Shown one piece after another: positions 1 through 8,198 of a stretch of 21,635 bases of DNA (position 1 is the first letter of the stretch; each line of letters begins with the position of its first letter). The notes beneath the pieces are model-generated. The model was given only the letters and a program-made list of their open reading frames with translations, was not told where the DNA came from and did no database searches. Made by a program: the position numbers and the translations under genes. The DNA lies in assembly GCA_050309605.1 (NCBI GenBank), contig JBNRMN010000055.1, forward strand, positions 1-21,635, read 5' to 3'. This stretch comes from Anaerohalosphaeraceae bacterium (GTDB lineage Bacteria > Planctomycetota > Phycisphaerae > Sedimentisphaerales > Anaerohalosphaeraceae).

Positions 1-2
1 AT

Positions 3-365
3 CGAACATTTGTTTTTCTGACCAACAATTTCCTACTGGATGCGTTGACAATCTGCCAGCTTTACAAACTGCGCTGGCAGATCGAACTGTTCTTCAGATG
101 GATCAAGCAACACCTGCGAATCAAGTCGTTTTTCGGCACGTCGATCAACGCCGTCAAGACCCAGATCTGGATTGCGATCAGTGTGTATGTGCTCGTCGCG
201 ATCATCAAAAAGGAATTGAAACTGGAGCGTTCGCTGCACGAAATACTCCAAATAATCAGCGTCCTGCTTTTCGAGAAAACCCCGCTAAAACAAGCACTTA
301 CGGGAGATCACTATATTTTCAAAGAACAACAAAACCATAACCAACTGTCCTTGTTCGACTTATAA
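3..365 (+). CDS. IS4-family DDE transposase, C-terminal part (5' truncated by window edge)
   Basis: The frame is open from position 3: RTFVFLTNNFLLDALTICQLYKLRWQIELFFRWIKQHLRIKSFFGTSINAVKTQIW. It contains the IS4 Y-(2)-R-(3)-E-(6)-K signature and ends in QLSLFDL. Confidence 0.95.
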   Translation, partial: RTFVFLTNNFLLDALTICQLYKLRWQIELFFRWIKQHLRIKSFFGTSINAVKTQIWIAISVYVLVAIIKKELKLERSLHEILQIISVLLFEKTPLKQALTGDHYIFKEQQNHNQLSLFDL

Positions 366-378
366 CCGGACAGTACTG
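362..378. repeat. Putative right terminal inverted repeat of the IS4 element
   Basis: ATAACCGGACAGTACTG overlaps the transposase stop and marks where the flanking gene breaks. The partner IR lies outside the window. Confidence 0.7.
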
Positions 379-625
379 AGATCAAATGACTAATCTCAGG
401 ATCCTCTGCAACCGTTAAGGTATATTTGTAAAACCACAAACCGGAGTCCTGATAATTCTGCCAAACCTGCCAAATGAAAGTGGTTCCAGAATCATCCCAG
501 TCTCCGACAGCAGTAATCCCCGTACTCCATGTAAGCGAACCGGAATAGGTTGGCGCAGCAGAACAAACCACAGGAAAGGCTGCCAGAGCAATAAGGACCG
601 GCAGATATCTCTTAAACGCATCCAT
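379..625 (-). pseudogene. 5' remnant (82 codons) of a secreted protein gene, probably PEP-CTERM-type, disrupted by the IS4 element
   Basis: ATG at 625 with GAGGTG RBS upstream. Signal peptide MDAFKRYLPVLIALAAFPVVCSA is followed by beta-rich WFYKYTLTV...ISHLI, after which the frame enters the IS end (SVLSGYK...). It lies directly downstream of an intact CTERM gene. Confidence 0.75.
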
Positions 626-809
626 ACAACACCTCACTTTCTTTTTTCGCACCGTTTTGAATTCTCTCCCCTTGGCGCAGTTAGTGAACTCAAAAACGAG
701 GTGTGAACATCCTGTTTTCTCTCCGTTGTTTCAAAGAGATGGATTCAGTAACTGTTTTCTTCCCGTTCGTATATACCAAAACCTCCAAATAGAATAAGCA
801 AGACCAGCC

Positions 810-1454
810 CTATGCCGCCTTGTTGCGTCGGCGAAGCAGTCCGACCACGGTCGTGCCGATCCCTGCCAGGACAATAGCACTCGGCGTCGGAACAATCGCC
901 GTTGACGGCGGAGCACTTTCCGTCTTAACAATACTGGTCACATGGGTTTTGTAGAGACAATCCGGATCCAGGCCGATCCCCACATAGCCGGCCGCTCCGT
1001 ACTCATTTAAGATATCGACAAGAGTCCTGTCGCCGACTGTAATCTTACTGAATTCGAATACAAGCGGTTGAGGATTGTCTATTTTCTCCTGCTCGCCGCG
1101 ATCATCCGTCCATGTTCCCACCAACGTCCCGCGCCCTTCGAAGAAATTCCCAAATGCCTGTCGATCTCGCTGAATCGTCAGCCCTGTCTGGGTTACGTCA
1201 TCCAGTAAATGAACATACAAGATATTCGGCGCGGTGTTGTAATTGTATATCCCCTCGAACGTCAGCACAAACTCCGTAATCGGGGTATCCGTTGTACTGA
1301 AACCCAAATCAATACCCCACGTATAAGCACGGTAATGATCCAGTCCCAACACATCGCCCTCTGAACCCAGCGTAAAGACGGTTTCGGCGGCGAACGCAGG
1401 CGCTGCACCTATCACCACACAAGCCAGAAGTGTCATCATCGTTCGCGTCTTCAT
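810..1454 (-). CDS. PEP-CTERM-like (exosortase target) surface protein, ~214 aa
   Basis: Likely start ATG at 1454 after a purine-rich RBS. It has signal peptide MKTRTMMTLLACVVIGAAPAFA and C-terminus VPTPS-AIVLAGIGTTVVGLL-RRRNKAA (motif, TM helix, basic tail). Confidence 0.85.
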   Translation of the reverse strand: MKTRTMMTLLACVVIGAAPAFAAETVFTLGSEGDVLGLDHYRAYTWGIDLGFSTTDTPITEFVLTFEGIYNYNTAPNILYVHLLDDVTQTGLTIQRDRQAFGNFFEGRGTLVGTWTDDRGEQEKIDNPQPLVFEFSKITVGDRTLVDILNEYGAAGYVGIGLDPDCLYKTHVTSIVKTESAPPSTAIVPTPSAIVLAGIGTTVVGLLRRRNKAA

Positions 1455-1634
1455 GATCTTCTCCCTTTCCTGAAAAAGCACATCCCTATTGATCTTGTTC
1501 GTCGTTTGTATCTTTATGCTGTCCTCATCGGAAAGCATAAGCCATCTACATCTATTGAATAACAAAGAGGGCGACTGAGCAGATTTTTTCTCGGCTTGGG
1601 AACTCCTTGCAAGAGTTCTCTCGCCCTCCGCAAA

Positions 1635-1709
1635 ATATTATTTTCTCCGCATCAATTTTCAATAGATTTTCTTACGTTTTACTTTACCCTTTCGGCTAAT
1701 TAATTTCAA
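1635..1709 (-). promoter_or_regulatory. Two tandem sigma70-like promoter candidates for the CTERM gene
   Basis: Minus strand TTGAAA-N17-TAAAGT (1709-1681) and TTGAAA-N16-TAATAT (1662-1635) in an AT-rich intergenic region. Confidence 0.45.
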
Positions 1710-1828
1710 GAAAAAAAACGAATTTTGTAAAAAATATATCACTTTTATTTTAGACTCTTTTTATCTTTTGTTGTCCGTCCCCAGCTGTTCGATTTTTTTA
1801 TAATTGTATCTATATTACATACATAGAC

Positions 1829-4800
1829 TTATCGTTCACTCAACCACTCGGCCAACTGGGCTTTTTGTTCCGCATCCAAACCACCGATTCGTTCATCGAG
1901 TTCGCGTGCCCGATAAAATTCCGAAGTCGCCTGCTCATTTTTCCCCAACTGTCGCAAACATTTGGCCAAATTGAAAACAGTGGCCGTCTTTTGAGTTTGC
2001 GTATCCAGATAGAGTTCGGCTGCTTTTTGGAAATCCCGTGCGGCCTCCTCAAACCGGCCCAACGCGGAATAAATCGCTCCGCGGGTATCCAGCAGATCGG
2101 CATAATTGGGACTTCGTGCCAGCCCCCTATCGGCCAATTCCAGCGCCTTGTCGTGCTGTCCCATATCCTGACTGAGTATCCAGGCCAGATTGTTCGTCGC
2201 GATGACATTATCAGGCTGAAGCTGCAGGGCCCGCTCGTAAAGCGGCACCGCGTCCCGTTTGCGGCCGGTCATATGTCGGAGCATCGCCATTCCGTAAGCC
2301 GCCTCGGGGCTGTCCGGCTCACGGCTTTGAACCTGCATCAGAATCTGCTCGGCCGCCTCTGTCGCCTGGTCGGTTTGTGCGGCCAGCAGATTCTGCAAGA
2401 CCGGCAGAACCGCTGCGCCCCCCTGCGGATGAGCGTCATACCACTGACCGAACACCGACACCATCTGCTCGGCCGGGGCCGTCTTGCCGAGCAAGCCCAG
2501 CCACTGGATCATTGCCGCCGTCGCGACGTCCTCGTCGGCGGCAAGCTGCTCGTAAATTTGTGCGGCCTGGTCGGCGAACCCGGTTTCATAAAGCAGAGCC
2601 ATCAATGACAATTTGATTCGAACGGCGATTGCATCCTCTGACGAATGAGCCGCCAGCCAGTCGCGAAGAAGATCGACAGCCTGATCGGCTTTTCCGACAC
2701 GCTGCAACATCTGCGCCCGCATTTCCGTTATCGCAGCATCGTCCGGAAATCGACGCGCCAACTGATTGAGTGTTTCCAATGCCACCGACGGCGAACGGAC
2801 AGCCTCCACGCGCGCCTTTGCCACCAACAACGCGCGACTTTCAGGCAGCGCCGCCAGCCCGCGAAGCACGGTATCCATCGCCATGCCCGGCTGATTGCTT
2901 CGCAGATACCACTCGGTCAGCATCGCCCAGGCCTGCTCCAGCCGCGGGAACTCATTGACCAGTGCGTTCAAAATCCGCACCGCCTCGGCGGTCGAGCCGC
3001 CGCCCTGATCCAACAGCAGCGCTGCTTTTCTCAAGCGCAACTGCACGTCGCGCGGCTGCTGGGCGAGGGCTTTTTCAAGCAGTCCCATTCCTTCTTGCTG
3101 GGTCAGGGGATTGACCAGCAAAAGCGTGGCGGTCTGCTTTTGGGCCTCAAATGAATCCGGCTGAAGGCTCAACGCCTTGCGTGCCGCGTCAAGAGCCTGC
3201 TCCGGCCGCCCGCACGCCCCATACAATTCACTGATATTCAGCCAGGTGCCGACGTTGTCATCGGCGCGCTGAACGATCTGTTGAATATCTTCGATCGCCC
3301 GTTCCGTTTGACCCAGGGCAAGCAGCACGCGGGCGCGGAGGCGATAGGCGTCCACGTTGTCGTGCTGTTCAAGAAAGCGGTTGCACACTGCCAGCGCCTG
3401 GTCCTGCTGTCCCTGACGCAAATGCCAGTCCGTCAAAGCGGCGTGGGAGACAGCCGTATCAGGATTTTCGTCAATCAGCTCATCAATCAGCGTCTTGGCT
3501 TCGTCGTATTGTTCACTGCGTGTTTTCAATAAGGCCAGCGACAACTTGGCGCTGCTGTCGGTTACATTCGCGGCAATCATTTTTTCAAGCAGATTTTCGG
3601 CGGTATCCAAACGCCCCTGCCGAAGATGGCTTTGCAGTTCAAGCTGCGTGAGCCGAGGATCGGCGTGTCCGGCGGCCAGCAGATCGGCCAGCAATTGTTC
3701 GGCTTGACGGTATTCTTCAGCGCGATACATAGCCCCCATCGCCGCAATCGCCAAGTCCACATCGCCGGGATGTCGAGTCAGCGTATCCCGATACAGCGAT
3801 ACGGCCAGCCGCAAATTGCCCGCCTGTTCATGGGCGGCGGCCAACAGCATCACACTTTGCCGGTCGTCGGGATTGGCGGTCAGATTCTCATTCATCAATG
3901 CGATAATCTGAGGATAGCGGCTTTCAAAATCGCCCCGCGTCATCCAGACAGAGGCCTGTTCAATTTTCCACAGCCGGCCGGCCTGACCTTCAATCGCCTT
4001 GATCTGATCGACCCATTGCTGCAATTGGTCCAGGTCAGCGTCATTACGTCTGAGGGCCAGCAACTGACGACGCGCAAGAATATCCTGCGGATTTTGCTCG
4101 GCCAGCTTTTTGAACAGATTGACAGCATCCTCAATCTGGCCTGTGCGGCGGTAAAGGTTGCCCATCCAGAGCTGGACCTTTCGCTGATCCTGCCCGTCCA
4201 TCCGAGTTTCGGCTTCCTGCAAAAGAACAAGGGCCTTGAGAATTTCATCGGCATCGGTCAACAGGGCCGCTCTTAATATCACCGGCTCGGAGGCCTGCGG
4301 GAATTGCTCAATGGCCTGATCGAGAATCTCGGCGGCCTGTTGAACCTGCTGACGCCGCAACGCATATTCCGCCTCGGCAATTCGCGCCTGCACCGTCTGG
4401 CCGAAACGGTCATTAAGCACATCCAGCACCGCCTGAGCCGTTTGCCAGTCTTGACGATTCAGGGCAATCCGAAAGGCCAGTAAGCGATTCTGAAGCGAAT
4501 CCTCGGCAGCAATCAGTTCGTCAAGCAACTGATCAACGCGCTGCTGCATCTGCGGCTGGGCACTGAGCATTTCAATGCGACATCGCATATGCACGCTTTG
4601 TGCCTCGGGACTATCGGGATTGAGCCGCACCGCCGCGGCGGCGTATTCAGACGCCTCGGCCCATTGACGCATGTCAACGAAAACACGAGCCAGCATCAAT
4701 TGGGCGGTAAACGAACGGGGATTCTGGTTGATGTAACGCCGAAGGATTTCGATGGCGCTGGTGCGGTCTTCCAAACGCAACGCGCCTTCGGCCAATTTCA

Positions 4801-5962
4801 GATAAACCGATTCGGATGTGTAATTTTGAACCAGCGCCTCGCGCCATTGCTCCATCGCCCGCGGCCAATCGCCCTTTTGTTCGGCCAGCAGCCCGTTTAA
4901 ATAACATGTCAACCCCGGATTAAGCTCGGTTTCCTGCAGCTTATCCATCGCGCTCTGGGCGGCCTCCAGGTCGCCGGCGCTGAGAAACAATTCCACCGCA
5001 TAGGGCAAAAAGACGACATTGTTGTCGCCAAGGTGCTCAAGCCCTTCACGCGCTGTCTGAATCGCCTTGTCGGGGTCTCGGCGCCGGGCTGCGGCCACCG
5101 CTCGAAGCTGCCATAACTCCGGCAATTGAGGATTTTTGGCAAAAATCGCATCCAGATGCGCCTCAGCCTGTTCCATCGCATCCAGACGCAGCCAGGCAGC
5201 CGCCAGCGCCAAATGCGTTTGATTGTCGGACAAATCGCAGTCGGCGGCCTGCTGAAGATTGGCAATCGCCTGTTCACGCTGTCCGGTCCGCGTCAAAAAG
5301 CCCGCGCGGAGAATATAAGCCTGCGCATTGTCAGGATTGTTTTGAACCGCCTCATCAATCCATTGACGCGGTGTTTTCTCAAGTAAATCCGGCTGCTGTT
5401 CCGCAATGTGGGCCAACAACTCATACGCCGTCACTTCGGATGGTTCCCGCTCCACCAGCTCGGTAAGCAATTCGGCGGCCTGTTCGAATTTACGCTGCAT
5501 CACCAGGGCCGTCGCCAGCCGCCGTGCAATGCCGCTGTCGTCCTGCTGCTCAAGAAATCGCGTTGCGATTAACTCCGCCTCACCGGCGACCTGCGCCTGA
5601 AGATACAGATCAATCAGCGCTTCGGTCGCTTCCGGTTGGGTCTGGTCAATCCGGAGAATGGTGCGGTAAGCGTTCACGGCCTGGGCGTAATTTTCGCGCC
5701 GAAAAGGCTGAATGCGGGACTGCGCGTGGCCGTATTTCAGCAGAATATCAATATCGGACTGATGGACGCCCAGATATTGCCCCAGCCCGGAGGCCGCCTC
5801 GCGCCAGCGTTTGTCTTCATAGGCCGCAAGCCCCTTTGCCAGACCTTGTTCGGCACGCTGCGTTCGATTGAATTTTCGCAGGCCGACCACCGTTGCCCCG
5901 ATGGCCGCGATCCCCAGAACCAATACCAGAACCAGTTTCCAGTTAACATACCCTTTTTTCAT
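1829..5962 (-). CDS. Large membrane-anchored tetratricopeptide-repeat protein (~1377 aa), PrsT-like context
   Basis: Probable start MKKGYVNWKLVLVLVLG at 5962 with GAGGGG RBS and an N-terminal TM helix. TPR-like helical repeats run throughout, including NNLAWIL...LLDTRGAIY near the C-terminus. Confidence 0.9.
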   Translation of the reverse strand: MKKGYVNWKLVLVLVLGIAAIGATVVGLRKFNRTQRAEQGLAKGLAAYEDKRWREAASGLGQYLGVHQSDIDILLKYGHAQSRIQPFRRENYAQAVNAYRTILRIDQTQPEATEALIDLYLQAQVAGEAELIATRFLEQQDDSGIARRLATALVMQRKFEQAAELLTELVEREPSEVTAYELLAHIAEQQPDLLEKTPRQWIDEAVQNNPDNAQAYILRAGFLTRTGQREQAIANLQQAADCDLSDNQTHLALAAAWLRLDAMEQAEAHLDAIFAKNPQLPELWQLRAVAAARRRDPDKAIQTAREGLEHLGDNNVVFLPYAVELFLSAGDLEAAQSAMDKLQETELNPGLTCYLNGLLAEQKGDWPRAMEQWREALVQNYTSESVYLKLAEGALRLEDRTSAIEILRRYINQNPRSFTAQLMLARVFVDMRQWAEASEYAAAAVRLNPDSPEAQSVHMRCRIEMLSAQPQMQQRVDQLLDELIAAEDSLQNRLLAFRIALNRQDWQTAQAVLDVLNDRFGQTVQARIAEAEYALRRQQVQQAAEILDQAIEQFPQASEPVILRAALLTDADEILKALVLLQEAETRMDGQDQRKVQLWMGNLYRRTGQIEDAVNLFKKLAEQNPQDILARRQLLALRRNDADLDQLQQWVDQIKAIEGQAGRLWKIEQASVWMTRGDFESRYPQIIALMNENLTANPDDRQSVMLLAAAHEQAGNLRLAVSLYRDTLTRHPGDVDLAIAAMGAMYRAEEYRQAEQLLADLLAAGHADPRLTQLELQSHLRQGRLDTAENLLEKMIAANVTDSSAKLSLALLKTRSEQYDEAKTLIDELIDENPDTAVSHAALTDWHLRQGQQDQALAVCNRFLEQHDNVDAYRLRARVLLALGQTERAIEDIQQIVQRADDNVGTWLNISELYGACGRPEQALDAARKALSLQPDSFEAQKQTATLLLVNPLTQQEGMGLLEKALAQQPRDVQLRLRKAALLLDQGGGSTAEAVRILNALVNEFPRLEQAWAMLTEWYLRSNQPGMAMDTVLRGLAALPESRALLVAKARVEAVRSPSVALETLNQLARRFPDDAAITEMRAQMLQRVGKADQAVDLLRDWLAAHSSEDAIAVRIKLSLMALLYETGFADQAAQIYEQLAADEDVATAAMIQWLGLLGKTAPAEQMVSVFGQWYDAHPQGGAAVLPVLQNLLAAQTDQATEAAEQILMQVQSREPDSPEAAYGMAMLRHMTGRKRDAVPLYERALQLQPDNVIATNNLAWILSQDMGQHDKALELADRGLARSPNYADLLDTRGAIYSALGRFEEAARDFQKAAELYLDTQTQKTATVFNLAKCLRQLGKNEQATSEFYRARELDERIGGLDAEQKAQLAEWLSER

Positions 5963-6114
5963 AAATCCCCTCAACAAATAGCGGTTGATGGTATTCAAAA
6001 CACTTCGGTTTGTTGTATTGTACCGACCATTTCCGTATTTCACACAAATTTTCCGGTTTTTTCGTGAAAGATTGTATGCATAATAGATTTCTTTTGTTTA
6101 GTATTAAGGTTTTC

Positions 6115-7236
6115 TCATTTGCTTTCAGCTTGCGGTTCGTTTATCTCTCTGTTTTTTTCGGCAAAGAAAGCAAGCCATTTTCGCATGATGGCGGCAGTGA
6201 TTGTTTCTTCGTTGGCGTGTTCTTCAATCGTTTTGCCCCAGTAAAACGTCAGCCAACCGTCAGCGACACGGCGGGACGCATCGATAAACTGTTCCATTTC
6301 GTCCATACTGCACTTAAGCGGAAACAACTCTTCAATCACAAGGGGTTTGTCGATACGATAGAAAGCCAACGCGGTCAACGCATCCTCTACCCGGCCTGAT
6401 TCCGGATAAAAATGGACGCTGACAAAATCCAGATGACGTGCCGTCTCCGGAGCGTAAAAAATGGGTTCGGCGCGCGGAAACGTTAATGCCCAGGGAATGA
6501 TTCCCACCGTAACCAGCGTCTCGGAATCCTCTTGGCGGATGGCCGAGACCAGTGTGCCGACCCAGGCTTCGGCAATCTGTTCTGGAGTGCGGCCCGCCCG
6601 ATCCAATGCAATCCGCTGTACAAAATGCTTACCGCCGAACTGTCCGGCCAGCCAGTCGCTTTCCTTTTCTCTGCCGGCGATAATCGGTTCGTTCATCAGA
6701 TCATAGCAAAAAATCGCCGTTCGGCCGGCGCCGATGCGCGCCACGGCCTGCCAAAAACGCGCCTGCACCTGCCATCGCGACGACTCATCGAGGGCCTCAT
6801 ACCAATCGGGAACATCGTGTCGATGATAGCACCCCAAGCCGGTCAGATTCAGATACAGCCCCGTCTGTTCGGCCAATTTGACAAGATGGGATAATCGCTC
6901 AAGCGCGGCTTCATTGGGATCGCTCGGCGATTTCATTAAACGAGCCAATTGCAAATGAATCCGAACGACATTGGCCCCCAGTTCCTTCATTTCCCAAAAG
7001 TCCTCAACGACCGTGTCCCATTGATGGTCCCAGTAATCTTCAATCAGTCTGCCGTCGCGGTCGTGATCATAGTTAAAGCCCCATGGGGTAAACTTCTTTT
7101 TCGATTGAGAACAAATAAAATGCGTCCCGTCTTCACTCAGTTCGATGCGTTCGAGTGTTTCGGCCGGACACAGCGCAAAAGAGCCAACGCCCATAATCGC
7201 GACCGCACTCCACACGATTTGTCTGATCATCCTCAT
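6115..7236 (-). CDS. Secreted glycoside hydrolase, GH5 / clan GH-A (cellulase-family)
   Basis: Signal peptide, then WGFNY, ELGANVVRIH, YDLMNEP (acid/base Glu), SVHFYP and KPLVIEE (nucleophile Glu) motifs. Confidence 0.88.
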   Translation of the reverse strand: MRMIRQIVWSAVAIMGVGSFALCPAETLERIELSEDGTHFICSQSKKKFTPWGFNYDHDRDGRLIEDYWDHQWDTVVEDFWEMKELGANVVRIHLQLARLMKSPSDPNEAALERLSHLVKLAEQTGLYLNLTGLGCYHRHDVPDWYEALDESSRWQVQARFWQAVARIGAGRTAIFCYDLMNEPIIAGREKESDWLAGQFGGKHFVQRIALDRAGRTPEQIAEAWVGTLVSAIRQEDSETLVTVGIIPWALTFPRAEPIFYAPETARHLDFVSVHFYPESGRVEDALTALAFYRIDKPLVIEELFPLKCSMDEMEQFIDASRRVADGWLTFYWGKTIEEHANEETITAAIMRKWLAFFAEKNREINEPQAESK

Positions 7237-7281
7237 TCCCTTTCAAATGACAGTTTGACACGCCGTGTTGACCCTGCCGGC

Positions 7282-8193
7282 TTATCTTCGCAATTCCGGC
7301 AAATCCGGCTCCACGTGAACAATGACATTGATCGGACGCAAGATTTGCTCATGCAGATTGCGTTCCAGCGCATCGGCGATGCAGTGAGCCTGGGCGATGT
7401 TTAATTGCGGATCGACCAAAATATGTAAATCAATGAAAATTTCACGCCCGACGCTGCGTGTCCTTAGCCGATGCCATTGGCGGATACGCTCATCCGACTG
7501 AATGACATTTTCGATTTGCCGGAGAGTTTGGCGGTCAACGGCCCTTTCGGATAATTCATTGAAACAATCGCCGATGATGCGCACCGCGACCAGCACGATC
7601 ATCAGCCCCACCGACATGGCCGCAAGCTGATCGCCGTGCGGATACCCCAGCTTGACCGTGGCGGCGCCGATCAATACAGCGACCGAGCTGAGGGCGTCGC
7701 TGCGGTGATGCCAGGCGTTGGCATACAGCGCCGTACTGTGTGTTTTGACTGCAATGCGCCGCGTCCATTGGTAAATCAGTTCTTTGGCGACGACTGAAAG
7801 CAGCGCAACCGCCATGACCGCCGTCGGCATTGTAACGACTGCCTCTTCGCCCGGCAGATGCATTTTGGCAATATCCAGGCCGGCCTTGTAAATCATTCCT
7901 ATTCCAACCGCGACCAGCGCCAGCGCAATAAATGCCGCCGAAAACGTCTCAATGCGGCCATGTCCGTAAGGATGTTTGGCGTCCGCTTCTTTTCCGCCGA
8001 AATGCACGCCCAAGATCACCGCCACATCCGTTGCCATGTCCGACAGCGAATGAAAGCCGTCGGCCACCAGGGCCAGCGACCCGGCCAGCAATCCGACAGC
8101 AACTTTCACTGCCGCCAATCCCAAGTTGGTCCACAGTCCGGCCCAGGTTACACGCCGAATGCGCCCATCGTCCTGTTGGCGAGCGTTCAGCAT
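7282..8193 (-). CDS. Cation diffusion facilitator (CDF) family metal transporter, FieF-like
   Basis: SLALVADGFHSLSD, HPYGHGRIE and AWHHRSD motifs, hydrophobic TM segments, and a C-terminal dimerisation domain ending IVHVEP. Confidence 0.95.
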   Translation of the reverse strand: MLNARQQDDGRIRRVTWAGLWTNLGLAAVKVAVGLLAGSLALVADGFHSLSDMATDVAVILGVHFGGKEADAKHPYGHGRIETFSAAFIALALVAVGIGMIYKAGLDIAKMHLPGEEAVVTMPTAVMAVALLSVVAKELIYQWTRRIAVKTHSTALYANAWHHRSDALSSVAVLIGAATVKLGYPHGDQLAAMSVGLMIVLVAVRIIGDCFNELSERAVDRQTLRQIENVIQSDERIRQWHRLRTRSVGREIFIDLHILVDPQLNIAQAHCIADALERNLHEQILRPINVIVHVEPDLPELRR

Positions 8194-8198
8194 AATAA

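Larger units (their letters stand above)
1..378 (+). mobile_element. IS4-family insertion sequence, right-hand part (left part outside window)
   Basis: A transposase C-terminus is followed at once by a terminal sequence TAACCGGACAGTACTG (363-378) resembling the ends of this IS4 subgroup. The sequence beyond 378 resumes as an interrupted minus-strand gene. Confidence 0.88.

Noticed and set aside
33..251. Minus-strand 72-aa ORF inside the transposase
   Set aside because: Antisense shadow of the IS4 transposase with no independent signals.
672..690. TTGGCGC as a possible sigma54 -24 box near the CTERM genes
   Set aside because: Wrong orientation for the minus-strand genes and no TTGC -12 element.
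1455..1565. N-terminal extension of the CTERM ORF (and 5963-6043 for the TPR ORF) in the ORF track
   Set aside because: The downstream ATGs have good RBSs and place the signal or anchor sequence at the N-terminus.
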